The notes under the pieces: generated by a model
Seen by the model: only the letters and a program-made list of their open reading frames with translations
What the model was told of the DNA's origin: nothing
Databases searched by the model: none
NCBI GenBank assembly: GCA_944384385.1
Contig: CALWTG010000002.1
Coordinates: 1-36,471 of the forward strand
Source of the DNA: an uncultured Clostridia bacterium
Lineage (GTDB): Bacteria; Bacillota; Clostridia; Christensenellales; UBA1242
DNA length: 36,471 nucleotides
Reading direction: 5' to 3'
Made by a program: the position numbers and the translations under genes
Shown here: positions 20,091-28,311 of the stretch, in pieces
How the letters are laid out: each line of letters starts with the position of its first letter
How positions within the stretch are numbered: position 1 is the stretch's first letter

Positions 20091-21218
20091 ATGTTATATA
20101 ATATAGTTACATACGGTTGCCAGATGAATGTTCATGAATCTGAAAAGATTGCAGCCATTTTGGAAGATTTGGGTTACACAGAAACACAAAAGAGAGAAGA
20201 CGCCGATATTATTGTTTTTAATACTTGTGCAATAAGAGAAGGAGCTGAGGATAGAGCTTTTGGCAATATTGGAGCACTTAAACAACAAAAGAAAAAAAAT
20301 AAAAACTTGATAATTATTGTTTGTGGTTGTATGACACAACAAAAAAGCGTTCAAGAAAAGCTATTTAAAACTTTTCCATTTATTGACATAATAATAGGAA
20401 CGCACAATCTGTATAAATTAAAAAATTTAATTCAAAGAAAACTTGATGACAAAAAGCGAATTTGCGAATATGAAGAGAGTGGCGACCTTCACGAAGAATT
20501 GATTTCAAAGCGTTCAAGCGGGGATAATGCTTGGGTGAATATCATGTATGGTTGCAACAACTTTTGTACATATTGCATTGTACCATATGTCCGCGGAAGA
20601 GAAAAAAGTCGCAAAAAAGATGACATTTTGAAAGAAATAAAAGACATCGTTCAGTGTGGAAATTACAAAACAATCACGCTTTTAGGTCAAAACGTAAATT
20701 CATATGGCAACGACGATAAATCACAAGGAACATTTAGCCAGCTATTGCAAGATATTTGCGATATTGAAGGGGATTTCAAATTGACATTTATGACTTCCCA
20801 TCCAAAAGATTTGGGCGATGATTTAATAGAAGTCATGGCAAAAAATGACAAGATTTTGAAAGAACTTCATCTTCCTGTCCAAAGTGGCTCAAATGAAATA
20901 CTCAAAAAAATGAATAGGAATTACACAATTGAGCACTATTTGTCAATTGTTGAAAAACTTAGAGCAAAGATGCCAAACATAAGGCTCACAACTGACATAA
21001 TTGTCGGCTTCCCAGGTGAAACAGAACAAGATTTTATGCAAACTTGTGACCTAGTTAAAAAAGTCAAATATGATGGAATATTTGCTTTTATGTATTCAAA
21101 AAGAAGTGGCACTGTCGCTGAAAAGATGCCAAATCAAGTTGATGATGAAACAAAACATCGCCGTGTAAATTATCTTTTGCAGTTAGAAAAGGAGATAAAA
21201 GCACAAAAGGAGAACTAA
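20091..21218 (+). CDS. miaB: tRNA-2-methylthio-N6-dimethylallyladenosine synthase MiaB, lacking the C-terminal TRAM domain
   Basis: 375 aa. The MTTase N domain (YGCQMNVHESE) and the radical SAM motif GCNNFCTYCIVP are present. The protein ends right after the radical SAM core, and mutS starts 6 nt later. miaB-mutS-mutL-miaA synteny supports the call. Confidence 0.85.
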   Translation: MLYNIVTYGCQMNVHESEKIAAILEDLGYTETQKREDADIIVFNTCAIREGAEDRAFGNIGALKQQKKKNKNLIIIVCGCMTQQKSVQEKLFKTFPFIDIIIGTHNLYKLKNLIQRKLDDKKRICEYEESGDLHEELISKRSSGDNAWVNIMYGCNNFCTYCIVPYVRGREKSRKKDDILKEIKDIVQCGNYKTITLLGQNVNSYGNDDKSQGTFSQLLQDICDIEGDFKLTFMTSHPKDLGDDLIEVMAKNDKILKELHLPVQSGSNEILKKMNRNYTIEHYLSIVEKLRAKMPNIRLTTDIIVGFPGETEQDFMQTCDLVKKVKYDGIFAFMYSKRSGTVAEKMPNQVDDETKHRRVNYLLQLEKEIKAQKEN

Positions 21219-21223
21219 AGATA

Positions 21224-23845
21224 ATGGATCTTAAAAAGATATTAGAAATTAAAAAATTATCGCCCATGATGAGGCAATACGTTATCACAAAATTGGAAAA
21301 TCCAGACAGTATATTATTTTACCGCCTTGGTGATTTTTACGAACTGTTTTTCGATGATGCCGTTGAAATTTCTCATGTACTTGATTTGACACTTACGGGC
21401 AAAGACTGTGGAATTAACGAAAGAGCACCTATGTGTGGTGTTCCATATCATGAAGTTGATGGATATATAAACAAACTAATATCTCTTGGCTACAAAATTG
21501 CAATTTGTGAACAGACAAGTGACCCAAAGGACAAAAAATATAACGAACTTGTTAAAAGAGATATTGTCAGAATAATAACACCCGGGACTTTGATTGACGC
21601 ATCAATGCTTAATGATAAACAAAACAACTACATCGCATCAATTTATGATGACAGTGAAGACATCGGACTATCATACCTTGATTTGTCAACTGGGGAATTT
21701 AAAACTATTGAAATATGCGGTGAAGACAAAATAAAGTCTTTAAACGACAATTTGGTAAGAATTATGCCAAGTGAAATTTTGGCTTATTGTGATAAACAAA
21801 TTGAAAGCAATCTTCAAGTTAGACAACTAGATTTAATTCCAAAATTCTCATATCAATACTCAGAACTTTTTGACAAAAATGCCTGTGAAGATATTCTTGA
21901 AAAGCAATTTTCAAAAGACTACAAAGAAAAATTTGGTTTAAAAAGACATAGTGCCTCAGTCATTGCTTCAGGAGCACTTTTAAGGTATATTGTTAGCACA
22001 CAAAAAAGAGACCTTTCGCACATCAATTCATTAAAATACATTGGTGAAGAAAAGTTTATGGTTTTGGACATAAACACAAGACGCAATCTTGAAATCATGG
22101 AAACTATGCGCGATAGAAGAAAGCGTGGCTCACTTATTGGCGTTATGGACAAAACAAGGACTTCAATGGGGGCAAGGCTTATTCGCTCATGGATAGAACA
22201 GCCACTTTATGATGCTAAACTCATAAATTTGCGTTTGGATGCAGTTGAAGATTTGTATTCAAAAATCATTTTAAGAGACAATCTAACATCAATATTAAAC
22301 AGGTGCAATGATATTGAAAGAATATGTGGAAGAATTTCCTATAATAACTTTACACCAAAAGACTGCAAAGGACTTTGCGAGACTTTGTCGCTTTTGCCAG
22401 CAATAAAATCACTCATTGAAAGTTGTAGCTCGCAATTTATCAAAACAATTCACGACGATATAGACGATTATTCGACAATAGTCGACAGCTTAAAAAATGC
22501 CATAGTTGATAACCCTCCAACTCTTACAAATGTTGGTGGGATATTCAAAGATGGATACTCAAAAGAACTTGATGAATATAGGTATGCACAAAAAAATAGC
22601 CAACAACTAATTGCTGACTACCAAACAAGGCAAAGAGAAATTACGGGAATAAAGAATTTAAAAGTTTCTTACAACAAAGTTTATGGCTATTATATTGAAA
22701 TCAACAAACAGTACATATCAAATTTACCTTTGGACTATATAAGAAAACAAACAGTTGCGAACAATGAAAGATATGTTTCAGAAGAGCTTAAAAACCTTGA
22801 AGAGAAGTTGTCGACAGCAGAAGAAAAAGCGCTTAAATTAGAGCAAAAATTGTTTAATGACATACGCGAAAAACTTTTAGGACAAGTTGTTTCAATTCAA
22901 AAAACATCAAGTGCCATTGCAAGACTCGACTGCATACTGTCACTTGCTCAACTTGCTATTAAAAATAATTACACAAAACCTAAGATAAACAACAAAATAA
23001 CTTCAATAAAAATTGTTGACGGAAGACATCCTGTGGTTGAAGAACTATCAAAAGATGAGTTCATACCAAACGATACATATCTTGATGACAATGAAAGCAG
23101 AACAATGATTATAACTGGTCCAAACATGGCAGGAAAAAGCACTTATATGAGGCAGGTGGCACTAATCACACTCATGGCTCACATAGGAAGTTTTGTCCCA
23201 GCAAAACAAGCCGAGATTGCACTCACTGACAGGATATTCACTCGTGTGGGGGCAAGTGATGACTTGTCTCTTGGACAGTCGACATTCATGGTCGAAATGT
23301 CGGAAGTTGCAAATATTTTGGAAAACGCAACAGATAAGAGTTTGATTGTGCTTGACGAAATAGGAAGGGGAACAAGCACATACGACGGACTTAGCATTGC
23401 ATGGTCAGTTGTTGAGTACTTGTCACGCAATATGCGTGCAAAAACATTGTTTTCAACGCACTATCACGAACTGACTGAACTTGAAAATTTCCTACCAGGG
23501 GTTAAAAATTATAAAATTTTGGTTAAGGAATTAAATGGACACATTGTGTTCTTGCGAAAAATTGCGCGTGGGGGTGCATCAAGAAGCTTTGGTATTGAAG
23601 TTGCAGCACTTGCCGGAGTTCCTGACCAAGTTATTCAAAGGGCAAAAGAGATATCAAATATGCTAGAACAAAATGACACAACAAAGTCACTAGCGCTCAA
23701 TGCTTCAGAAGATAAAGATGTAGCAAAACAAAAAGACGTCAATTATACAGAAATTATTGGTATATTAAAAGACTTGGACGTCAATCGATTGACACCAATT
23801 AGTGCGTTTGAAATCATTTGTGACTTAAAAAGCAAAATAAAATAG
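21224..23845 (+). CDS. mutS: DNA mismatch repair protein MutS
   Basis: 873 aa with SPMMRQY...RLGDFYELFFDDA at the N-terminus, Walker A GPNMAGKST, and DEIGRGTSTYDG. Confidence 0.97.
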   Translation: MDLKKILEIKKLSPMMRQYVITKLENPDSILFYRLGDFYELFFDDAVEISHVLDLTLTGKDCGINERAPMCGVPYHEVDGYINKLISLGYKIAICEQTSDPKDKKYNELVKRDIVRIITPGTLIDASMLNDKQNNYIASIYDDSEDIGLSYLDLSTGEFKTIEICGEDKIKSLNDNLVRIMPSEILAYCDKQIESNLQVRQLDLIPKFSYQYSELFDKNACEDILEKQFSKDYKEKFGLKRHSASVIASGALLRYIVSTQKRDLSHINSLKYIGEEKFMVLDINTRRNLEIMETMRDRRKRGSLIGVMDKTRTSMGARLIRSWIEQPLYDAKLINLRLDAVEDLYSKIILRDNLTSILNRCNDIERICGRISYNNFTPKDCKGLCETLSLLPAIKSLIESCSSQFIKTIHDDIDDYSTIVDSLKNAIVDNPPTLTNVGGIFKDGYSKELDEYRYAQKNSQQLIADYQTRQREITGIKNLKVSYNKVYGYYIEINKQYISNLPLDYIRKQTVANNERYVSEELKNLEEKLSTAEEKALKLEQKLFNDIREKLLGQVVSIQKTSSAIARLDCILSLAQLAIKNNYTKPKINNKITSIKIVDGRHPVVEELSKDEFIPNDTYLDDNESRTMIITGPNMAGKSTYMRQVALITLMAHIGSFVPAKQAEIALTDRIFTRVGASDDLSLGQSTFMVEMSEVANILENATDKSLIVLDEIGRGTSTYDGLSIAWSVVEYLSRNMRAKTLFSTHYHELTELENFLPGVKNYKILVKELNGHIVFLRKIARGGASRSFGIEVAALAGVPDQVIQRAKEISNMLEQNDTTKSLALNASEDKDVAKQKDVNYTEIIGILKDLDVNRLTPISAFEIICDLKSKIK

Positions 23846-23853
23846 GAGGAAAT

Positions 23854-25785
23854 ATGCCAGACATAAAAGTTTTGGAAAAATCTGTTTGGTCAAAAATTGC
23901 CGCAGGTGAGGTCGTTGAAAAACCAGCTTCAATCGTAAAAGAATTAGTTGAAAACTCTGTTGACGCTGGTGCAAAAAACATAACAATCGAAATTGAAGGT
24001 GGTGGAATAAAGAAAATATCTGTCACAGACGATGGTTGTGGTATAAAAGCTGACCAACTAGAAACTGCATTTTTGCCTCACGCAACAAGCAAATTATCTA
24101 AAATTGAAGATTTGAATAACTTGCACTCAATGGGCTTTCGTGGTGAAGCGCTTGCCAGCATTGCCGCTGTGTCAAAAGTTAAACTTATTTCAAAAACAAG
24201 TCAAGATAGCATAGGTCAAAAAATTGAACTTGAAGGTGGAGAAAAAGTATCAATAACAGAAATAGCAAGTAACAACGGCACAAAAATTGTTGTGACTGAT
24301 TTGTTTTATAACACGCCTGCTCGTGCTAAATTTTTAAGGAAGCCAAAGACCGAAGAAAATGACATAACCAGCTATGTTGAAAAACTTATGCTTTCACATG
24401 TCAATATAAATTTTAAATATATTGTTGATGACAAAATCATATATAATACAACTAATTGTAGTTTACTCGATATCATATACACAATTTATGGTGCCGAGAT
24501 TTCTTCGAATATGATTGAGGTTAATTATAAAAAAGGCGATTATGCTGTCACTGGTTACATATCTTCACCGGTTGTTGCAAAGAGTAACAGGACTTATCAA
24601 TCACTATTTGTAAATAACAGATATTGCATAAATTCAACTATTTCTGCAAGCATATCAAATGCCTATGAGACATTTTTGATGAAAGGCAAGTTCCCTGTAT
24701 ATGTACTATTTCTTCATATGCCAGCAAACAGCGTTGATGTCAATGTTCACCCAAATAAGCTTGAAGTGAAGTTCGAAAACTCACAACAAATATATATGCT
24801 TTTCAATAATGCTGTCTTTGAAGCACTGTCACGACAAACACACATTAAAGATGGTTTTGCATTTAACCATGTAGAAAGTGAACAAGAAAATAGTTTAGAC
24901 ACCGTTACAGACAAAACTCAAACCGAGCAGATAGATTTAGACAATAATGAACAAATATCAACAAAACAAAACAAATCCATAGATGAATTAAACGGAATTT
25001 CGTTTACTGAGCAACAAAACTATGAAAAAAATTTGCAAGATTTTTGGAACAATAAAAAACCTGACGACCTTGTATTTTCACGAAGCTTTGCTCCAATGGA
25101 AGTAACGATTGATAGTGATAACAACACTAATAAGTCAAATGCTTTTGAAAGTCCTAGCTATAACATTTTGGACGAACAAAAAGAGCAATTAAAATATCAA
25201 TCACTTTTTAACCCTCAAAGAATTATTGTTGGTGTTGCTTTTGACACATATATAATAGTTCAAGAAGAAGATAATCTATATTTCATTGACCAGCACGCTG
25301 CCCATGAGCGTAAACTATTTGATAAATTTATGGCAGAAGTAGACGCCGAAGATATTCAAGTACAACAACTTTTAGTTCCTTACATTCTTAGAATAAATGA
25401 TGCCGAATACTCATTTTTGGAAAATAATTTAGATCTATTAAATAGTTATGGGTTCGATATCACTCCTTTTGGACATAATACTTTTAAAGTTAATAGCATT
25501 CCTATGCTTTTAAATGATATCAATCTAAGAGATTTCTTTAATGAAATGTTTAGCAATCTTAATGGTTTAGTCAAAAAGCCACATGAAGTTTTAAGACATG
25601 AATTTGCGACCATGGGTTGCAAAGCGGCAATCAAAGCAGGATACAGGCTTTCAGAAAAAGAAATAAATATATTACTTGATACTTTAAAACAACAAAAAAC
25701 GACTTTATTGTGCCCACATGGAAGACCTATTGTTGTTACATTTGACAAAAAACAACTTGAAAAAATGTTTAAAAGGATAGTTTAG
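23854..25785 (+). CDS. mutL: DNA mismatch repair endonuclease MutL
   Basis: 643 aa. The GHKL ATPase N-terminus (VKELVENSVDAG, DDGCGI) is present, and the C-terminal endonuclease motif DQHAAHERKLFDK marks the MutH-independent type. Confidence 0.97.
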   Translation: MPDIKVLEKSVWSKIAAGEVVEKPASIVKELVENSVDAGAKNITIEIEGGGIKKISVTDDGCGIKADQLETAFLPHATSKLSKIEDLNNLHSMGFRGEALASIAAVSKVKLISKTSQDSIGQKIELEGGEKVSITEIASNNGTKIVVTDLFYNTPARAKFLRKPKTEENDITSYVEKLMLSHVNINFKYIVDDKIIYNTTNCSLLDIIYTIYGAEISSNMIEVNYKKGDYAVTGYISSPVVAKSNRTYQSLFVNNRYCINSTISASISNAYETFLMKGKFPVYVLFLHMPANSVDVNVHPNKLEVKFENSQQIYMLFNNAVFEALSRQTHIKDGFAFNHVESEQENSLDTVTDKTQTEQIDLDNNEQISTKQNKSIDELNGISFTEQQNYEKNLQDFWNNKKPDDLVFSRSFAPMEVTIDSDNNTNKSNAFESPSYNILDEQKEQLKYQSLFNPQRIIVGVAFDTYIIVQEEDNLYFIDQHAAHERKLFDKFMAEVDAEDIQVQQLLVPYILRINDAEYSFLENNLDLLNSYGFDITPFGHNTFKVNSIPMLLNDINLRDFFNEMFSNLNGLVKKPHEVLRHEFATMGCKAAIKAGYRLSEKEINILLDTLKQQKTTLLCPHGRPIVVTFDKKQLEKMFKRIV

Positions 25786-26657
25786 TGAAAATTATCGTAT
25801 TATTTGGTCCAACTGGTGTTGGAAAAACAGCACTCTCTTTAAAATTAGCAAAAAAATATGATGCTGAAATAATTTCATGTGATTCAATGCAAATATATAA
25901 ATATTTAGATATTGGTTCAGCAAAAATATCAAAAGACGAAATGCAGGGCATACCACATCATCTTATAGACTTTTTGGAGCCAAATCAAAATTATAGTGTG
26001 TTTGATTTTGTCGAGAATTGTAAAAAGGCAATTTTGGACATACAAAAAAGAGGGAAAAACGTTATTGTAGTTGGTGGTACGGGGCTTTATATAAAAGCAT
26101 TGACAGAGAACTATAACCTTGGAAATGTTAAAAAGCCTGAAATAATTACCAAATTACAAGATATGTCAAACGAACAACTTGTAAATATCATAGAAGCCAG
26201 TGGGAAAACAGTAAAAAAAGACGATTTAAACAATAGGGTAAGACTACTTAGATATGCAGAATTAGCTAAGACACAATCGAAAACGACAAAAAATGACGAA
26301 ACTGAAAAATATTTGATATTTGGACTTATCTGTGACAGGGCAAAGTTATATGAGAGAATAAATTCAAGAGTGGATGAAATGATAAATAAAGGCTTAGTAA
26401 ATGAAACGAAAGCGATTTATCAAAAGTATGGCGAAAATATCCCTTGCTTTAAAGCAATAGGATACAAAGAATTGTTGCCATACATAAAAGGTGAGACTTC
26501 TCTTGATGAATGTGTCGAGCTTATCAAAAAGCGTTCTCGAAATTATGCAAAACGCCAATTCACTTTTATGAATCAATTTAGCACAATAATAAAAATTAGT
26601 TCAATAAACTCCAATGAGGCGTTTGAAGAAATATCAAATATAATTGACAACAACTGA
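25785..26657 (+). CDS. miaA: tRNA dimethylallyltransferase MiaA
   Basis: 290 aa. The GTG start overlaps the mutL stop by 1 nt. It has the P-loop GPTGVGKT, CDSMQIYKYLDIGSAK, and YAKRQ. Confidence 0.93.
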   Translation: MKIIVLFGPTGVGKTALSLKLAKKYDAEIISCDSMQIYKYLDIGSAKISKDEMQGIPHHLIDFLEPNQNYSVFDFVENCKKAILDIQKRGKNVIVVGGTGLYIKALTENYNLGNVKKPEIITKLQDMSNEQLVNIIEASGKTVKKDDLNNRVRLLRYAELAKTQSKTTKNDETEKYLIFGLICDRAKLYERINSRVDEMINKGLVNETKAIYQKYGENIPCFKAIGYKELLPYIKGETSLDECVELIKKRSRNYAKRQFTFMNQFSTIIKISSINSNEAFEEISNIIDNN

Positions 26658-26685
26658 CAAAACAAAAAATATATCTTAAAAAATA

Positions 26686-26711
26686 GGGAAGACTAATCTT
26701 CCTTTTTTTTT
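26686..26711 (+). terminator. Intrinsic terminator of the miaB-miaA operon
   Basis: GGAAGA (26687-26692), loop CTAA, TCTTCC (26697-26702), then a T-run of 9. Confidence 0.8.
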
Positions 26712-26717
26712 GTAATT

Positions 26718-26751
26718 TTAAAATAAAAAAACACCCGAGTCTTGGTGTTTT
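26718..26751 (-). terminator. Intrinsic terminator of the tRNA operon
   Basis: On the - strand: AACACC, loop AAGACTCG, GGTGTT, followed by TTTTTTATTTT. The plus-strand arms are at 26730-26735 and 26744-26749. Confidence 0.7.
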
Positions 26752-26760
26752 AAATATTCG

Positions 26761-26845
26761 TGGTGGGCAGGGATGGATTCGAACCATCGAAGGCGAAGCC
26801 GACGGATTTACAGTCCGTTGCATTTGACCGCTCTGCAACCTACCC
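26761..26845 (-). tRNA. tRNA-Tyr (anticodon GTA)
   Basis: 85 nt. Acceptor GGGTAGG/CCTGCCC plus A-CCA, anticodon arm ACGGA-CTGTAAA-TCCGT, long variable arm, T-loop TTCGAAT. Confidence 0.93.
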
Positions 26846-26851
26846 AAAATG

Positions 26852-26926
26852 TGGAGCTAGTGATTGGAATCGAACCAACAACCTGCTGATTACAAATCAG
26901 CTGCTCTACCGTTGAGCCACACTAGC
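26852..26926 (-). tRNA. tRNA-Thr (anticodon TGT)
   Basis: 75 nt. Acceptor GCTAGTG/CACTAGC plus T-CCA, anticodon arm GCTGA-TTTGTAA-TCAGC, T-loop TTCGATT. Confidence 0.93.
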
Positions 26927-27047
26927 ATAGATTAGTAGTTACTAAGAAAATCAACAAACTTAAACTACTAATTGGGAAAGTGTAATGGGAATGAATGTGA
27001 ATGAAAGACTGTTGATTTTTTATTTGGATGCGCCAGTAGGGCACATC

Positions 27048-27123
27048 TGGTGCCGCGGGGCGGAATCGAACCACCGACACAAGGATTTTCAGTCCTTTGC
27101 TCTACCGACTGAGCTACCGAGGC
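27048..27123 (-). tRNA. tRNA-Phe (anticodon GAA)
   Basis: 76 nt: GCCTCGGTAGCTCAGTCGGTAGAGCAAAGGACTGAAAATCCTTGTGTCGGTGGTTCGATTCCGCCCCGCGGCACCA. Anticodon loop CTGAAAA. The acceptor stem has one U4:C69 mismatch. Confidence 0.93.
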
Positions 27124-27127
27124 AAAA

Positions 27128-27204
27128 TGGCGATCCGGATGGGAGTCGAACCCACGACCTCTAGCGTGACAGGCTAGCGTTCTAACCAACTGAACTACCG
27201 AACC
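27128..27204 (-). tRNA. tRNA-Asp (anticodon GTC)
   Basis: 77 nt. Acceptor GGTTCGG/CCGGATC plus G-CCA, anticodon arm CTAGC-CTGTCAC-GCTAG, T-loop TTCGACT. Confidence 0.93.
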
Positions 27205-27224
27205 ATATTGTTTTTGCGGGTGCT

Positions 27225-27301
27225 TGGTGGGTCTTCAGGGACTCGAACCCCGGACCGACCGGTTATGAGCCGGTTGCTCTAACCAACTGAGCTAAAGACC
27301 C
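27225..27301 (-). tRNA. tRNA with anticodon CAT, probably tRNA-Ile2 (lysidine-dependent) rather than Met
   Basis: 77 nt: GGGTCTTTAGCTCAGTTGGTTAGAGCAACCGGCTCATAACCGGTCGGTCCGGGGTTCGAGTCCCTGAAGACCCACCA. The D-arm and body resemble Bacillus tRNA-Ile(CAU), not the initiator or elongator Met tRNAs. Confidence 0.85.
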
Positions 27302-27305
27302 GCAA

Positions 27306-27381
27306 TGGTCGGGGTGAAGAGACTCGAACTCCCGGCCCCATGGTCCCAAACCACGTGCGCTACCAACTGCGCTACACCCCG
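27306..27381 (-). tRNA. tRNA-Pro (anticodon TGG)
   Basis: 76 nt. Acceptor CGGGGTG/CACCCCG plus A-CCA, anticodon arm CGTGG-TTTGGGA-CCATG, T-loop TTCGAGT. Confidence 0.93.
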
Positions 27382-27399
27382 AAATCTTGCGACTCTATA

Positions 27400-27428
27400 A
27401 TGTTAGTATAAGTTCAAAATAAAGTCAA
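27400..27428 (-). promoter_or_regulatory. Promoter candidate for the tRNA operon
   Basis: On the - strand: TTGACT (27428-27423), 17-nt spacer, TAACAT (27405-27400). An A/T-rich tract lies upstream, and the -10 is 18 nt from the 5' end of tRNA-Pro. Confidence 0.35.
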
Positions 27429-27468
27429 GTATTTTTTAAAAATTTTTTAATAGTTTTTTACCTTTAAA

Positions 27469-27517
27469 TTCGACGCTATTTGACAATGTTGTCAATTTTA
27501 TTACATTCACCGTTTGT
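27469..27517 (+). promoter_or_regulatory. spoIIA operon control region: Spo0A-box-like TTCGACG, palindrome TTGACAA-TG-TTGTCAA, possible -10 TACATT
   Basis: TTCGACG (27469-27475) is the reverse complement of CGTCGAA, a 6/7 match to the 0A box TGTCGAA. A perfect 7+7 inverted repeat spans 27480-27495, and its left arm is a consensus -35 TTGACA. TACATT follows 16 nt downstream of that -35. Confidence 0.4.
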
Positions 27518-27541
27518 TACAATATAGTCAAGGAGGCAGTT

Positions 27542-27850
27542 ATGCAGATAAAACACAGAGTTTATGAAAATACATTATATGTTGTGTTGAGTGGAGAACT
27601 AGACGAACATTCAGCTTACAGTGCAAGAATTGGACTTGATGAAATATTTGATATGCCAAAATTTAAACAAATTATTATTGATTTGTCAGAATTAGATTTT
27701 ATGGATAGCACTGGTATTGGCGTGTTAATAGGTAGATACAAACGCATGAAAGACAAAAACATACCAATATTTATATGCAATCCATCAAGCCATGCAGAGA
27801 GAATATTCAAAATGACAGGCCTATATGACATTATGCCAAAAATTTCTTAA
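27542..27850 (+). CDS. spoIIAA: Anti-sigma F factor antagonist SpoIIAA
   Basis: 102 aa STAS domain with the phosphorylatable serine context FMDSTGIGVLIG. First gene of the spoIIAA-spoIIAB-sigF triad. Confidence 0.93.
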   Translation: MQIKHRVYENTLYVVLSGELDEHSAYSARIGLDEIFDMPKFKQIIIDLSELDFMDSTGIGVLIGRYKRMKDKNIPIFICNPSSHAERIFKMTGLYDIMPKIS

Positions 27851-27861
27851 AAGGAGACAAT

Positions 27862-28311
27862 ATGAAACTATTAAATGAAATGGAACTCAATTTTAAAGCA
27901 ATTTCAATAAATGAGGGCTTTGCAAGATCATGCGTTGCCGCTTTTTGTGTGCAAGCAAATCCAACTTTGGACGAAATAACAGACATAAAGACAGCCGTTT
28001 CCGAAGCTGTGACAAATTGCGTTGTTCACGCTTACCCAAGTTTACCAGGAAATATTTGCATAAAAGTCAAATTGTATGAAGAAAGTGTTGATATTGAAGT
28101 TATTGACAACGGAATAGGTATAGAAGACTTCAAAAAGGCAAGGGAGCCTTTTTATACATCAAAACCAAATGAAGAAAGAAGTGGAATGGGATTTTCAGTT
28201 ATGGAAAGCTTTATGGATAATCTTGAACTCAAAAATAACACAGGCTCAGGGCTTATTGTCAAGATGCAAAAATTTTTTCATAAACGTTCAAAAATAGCCG
28301 TTGGTGAATAG
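27862..28311 (+). CDS. spoIIAB: Anti-sigma F factor SpoIIAB (serine protein kinase)
   Basis: 149 aa GHKL kinase with N-box EAVTNCVVHAY, G1 box DNGIGIED, and GMGFSVM. Confidence 0.93.
   Translation: MKLLNEMELNFKAISINEGFARSCVAAFCVQANPTLDEITDIKTAVSEAVTNCVVHAYPSLPGNICIKVKLYEESVDIEVIDNGIGIEDFKKAREPFYTSKPNEERSGMGFSVMESFMDNLELKNNTGSGLIVKMQKFFHKRSKIAVGE

Noticed and set aside
26658-26760. Absence of hfq downstream of miaA, where the miaA-hfq pairing is common in Firmicutes.
   Set aside because: The interval holds only two back-to-back terminators and no ORF. hfq may simply be elsewhere or absent from the lineage, and this cannot be judged from one window.
26968-27189. 73-aa ORF on the - strand (MVRTLACHARGRGFDSHPDR...).
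   Set aside because: It is a read-through translation of the tRNA-Asp and tRNA-Phe genes and the spacer. GFDSHP- and GSIPP-type strings are typical tRNA-gene artefacts.
27396-27401. Perfect TATAAT on the + strand just outside tRNA-Pro.
   Set aside because: There is no acceptable -35 at 16-18 nt, since that position falls inside the tRNA-Pro gene. It would also direct transcription into an A/T-rich spacer 140 nt from spoIIAA. It is more likely a chance hexamer in AT-rich DNA.
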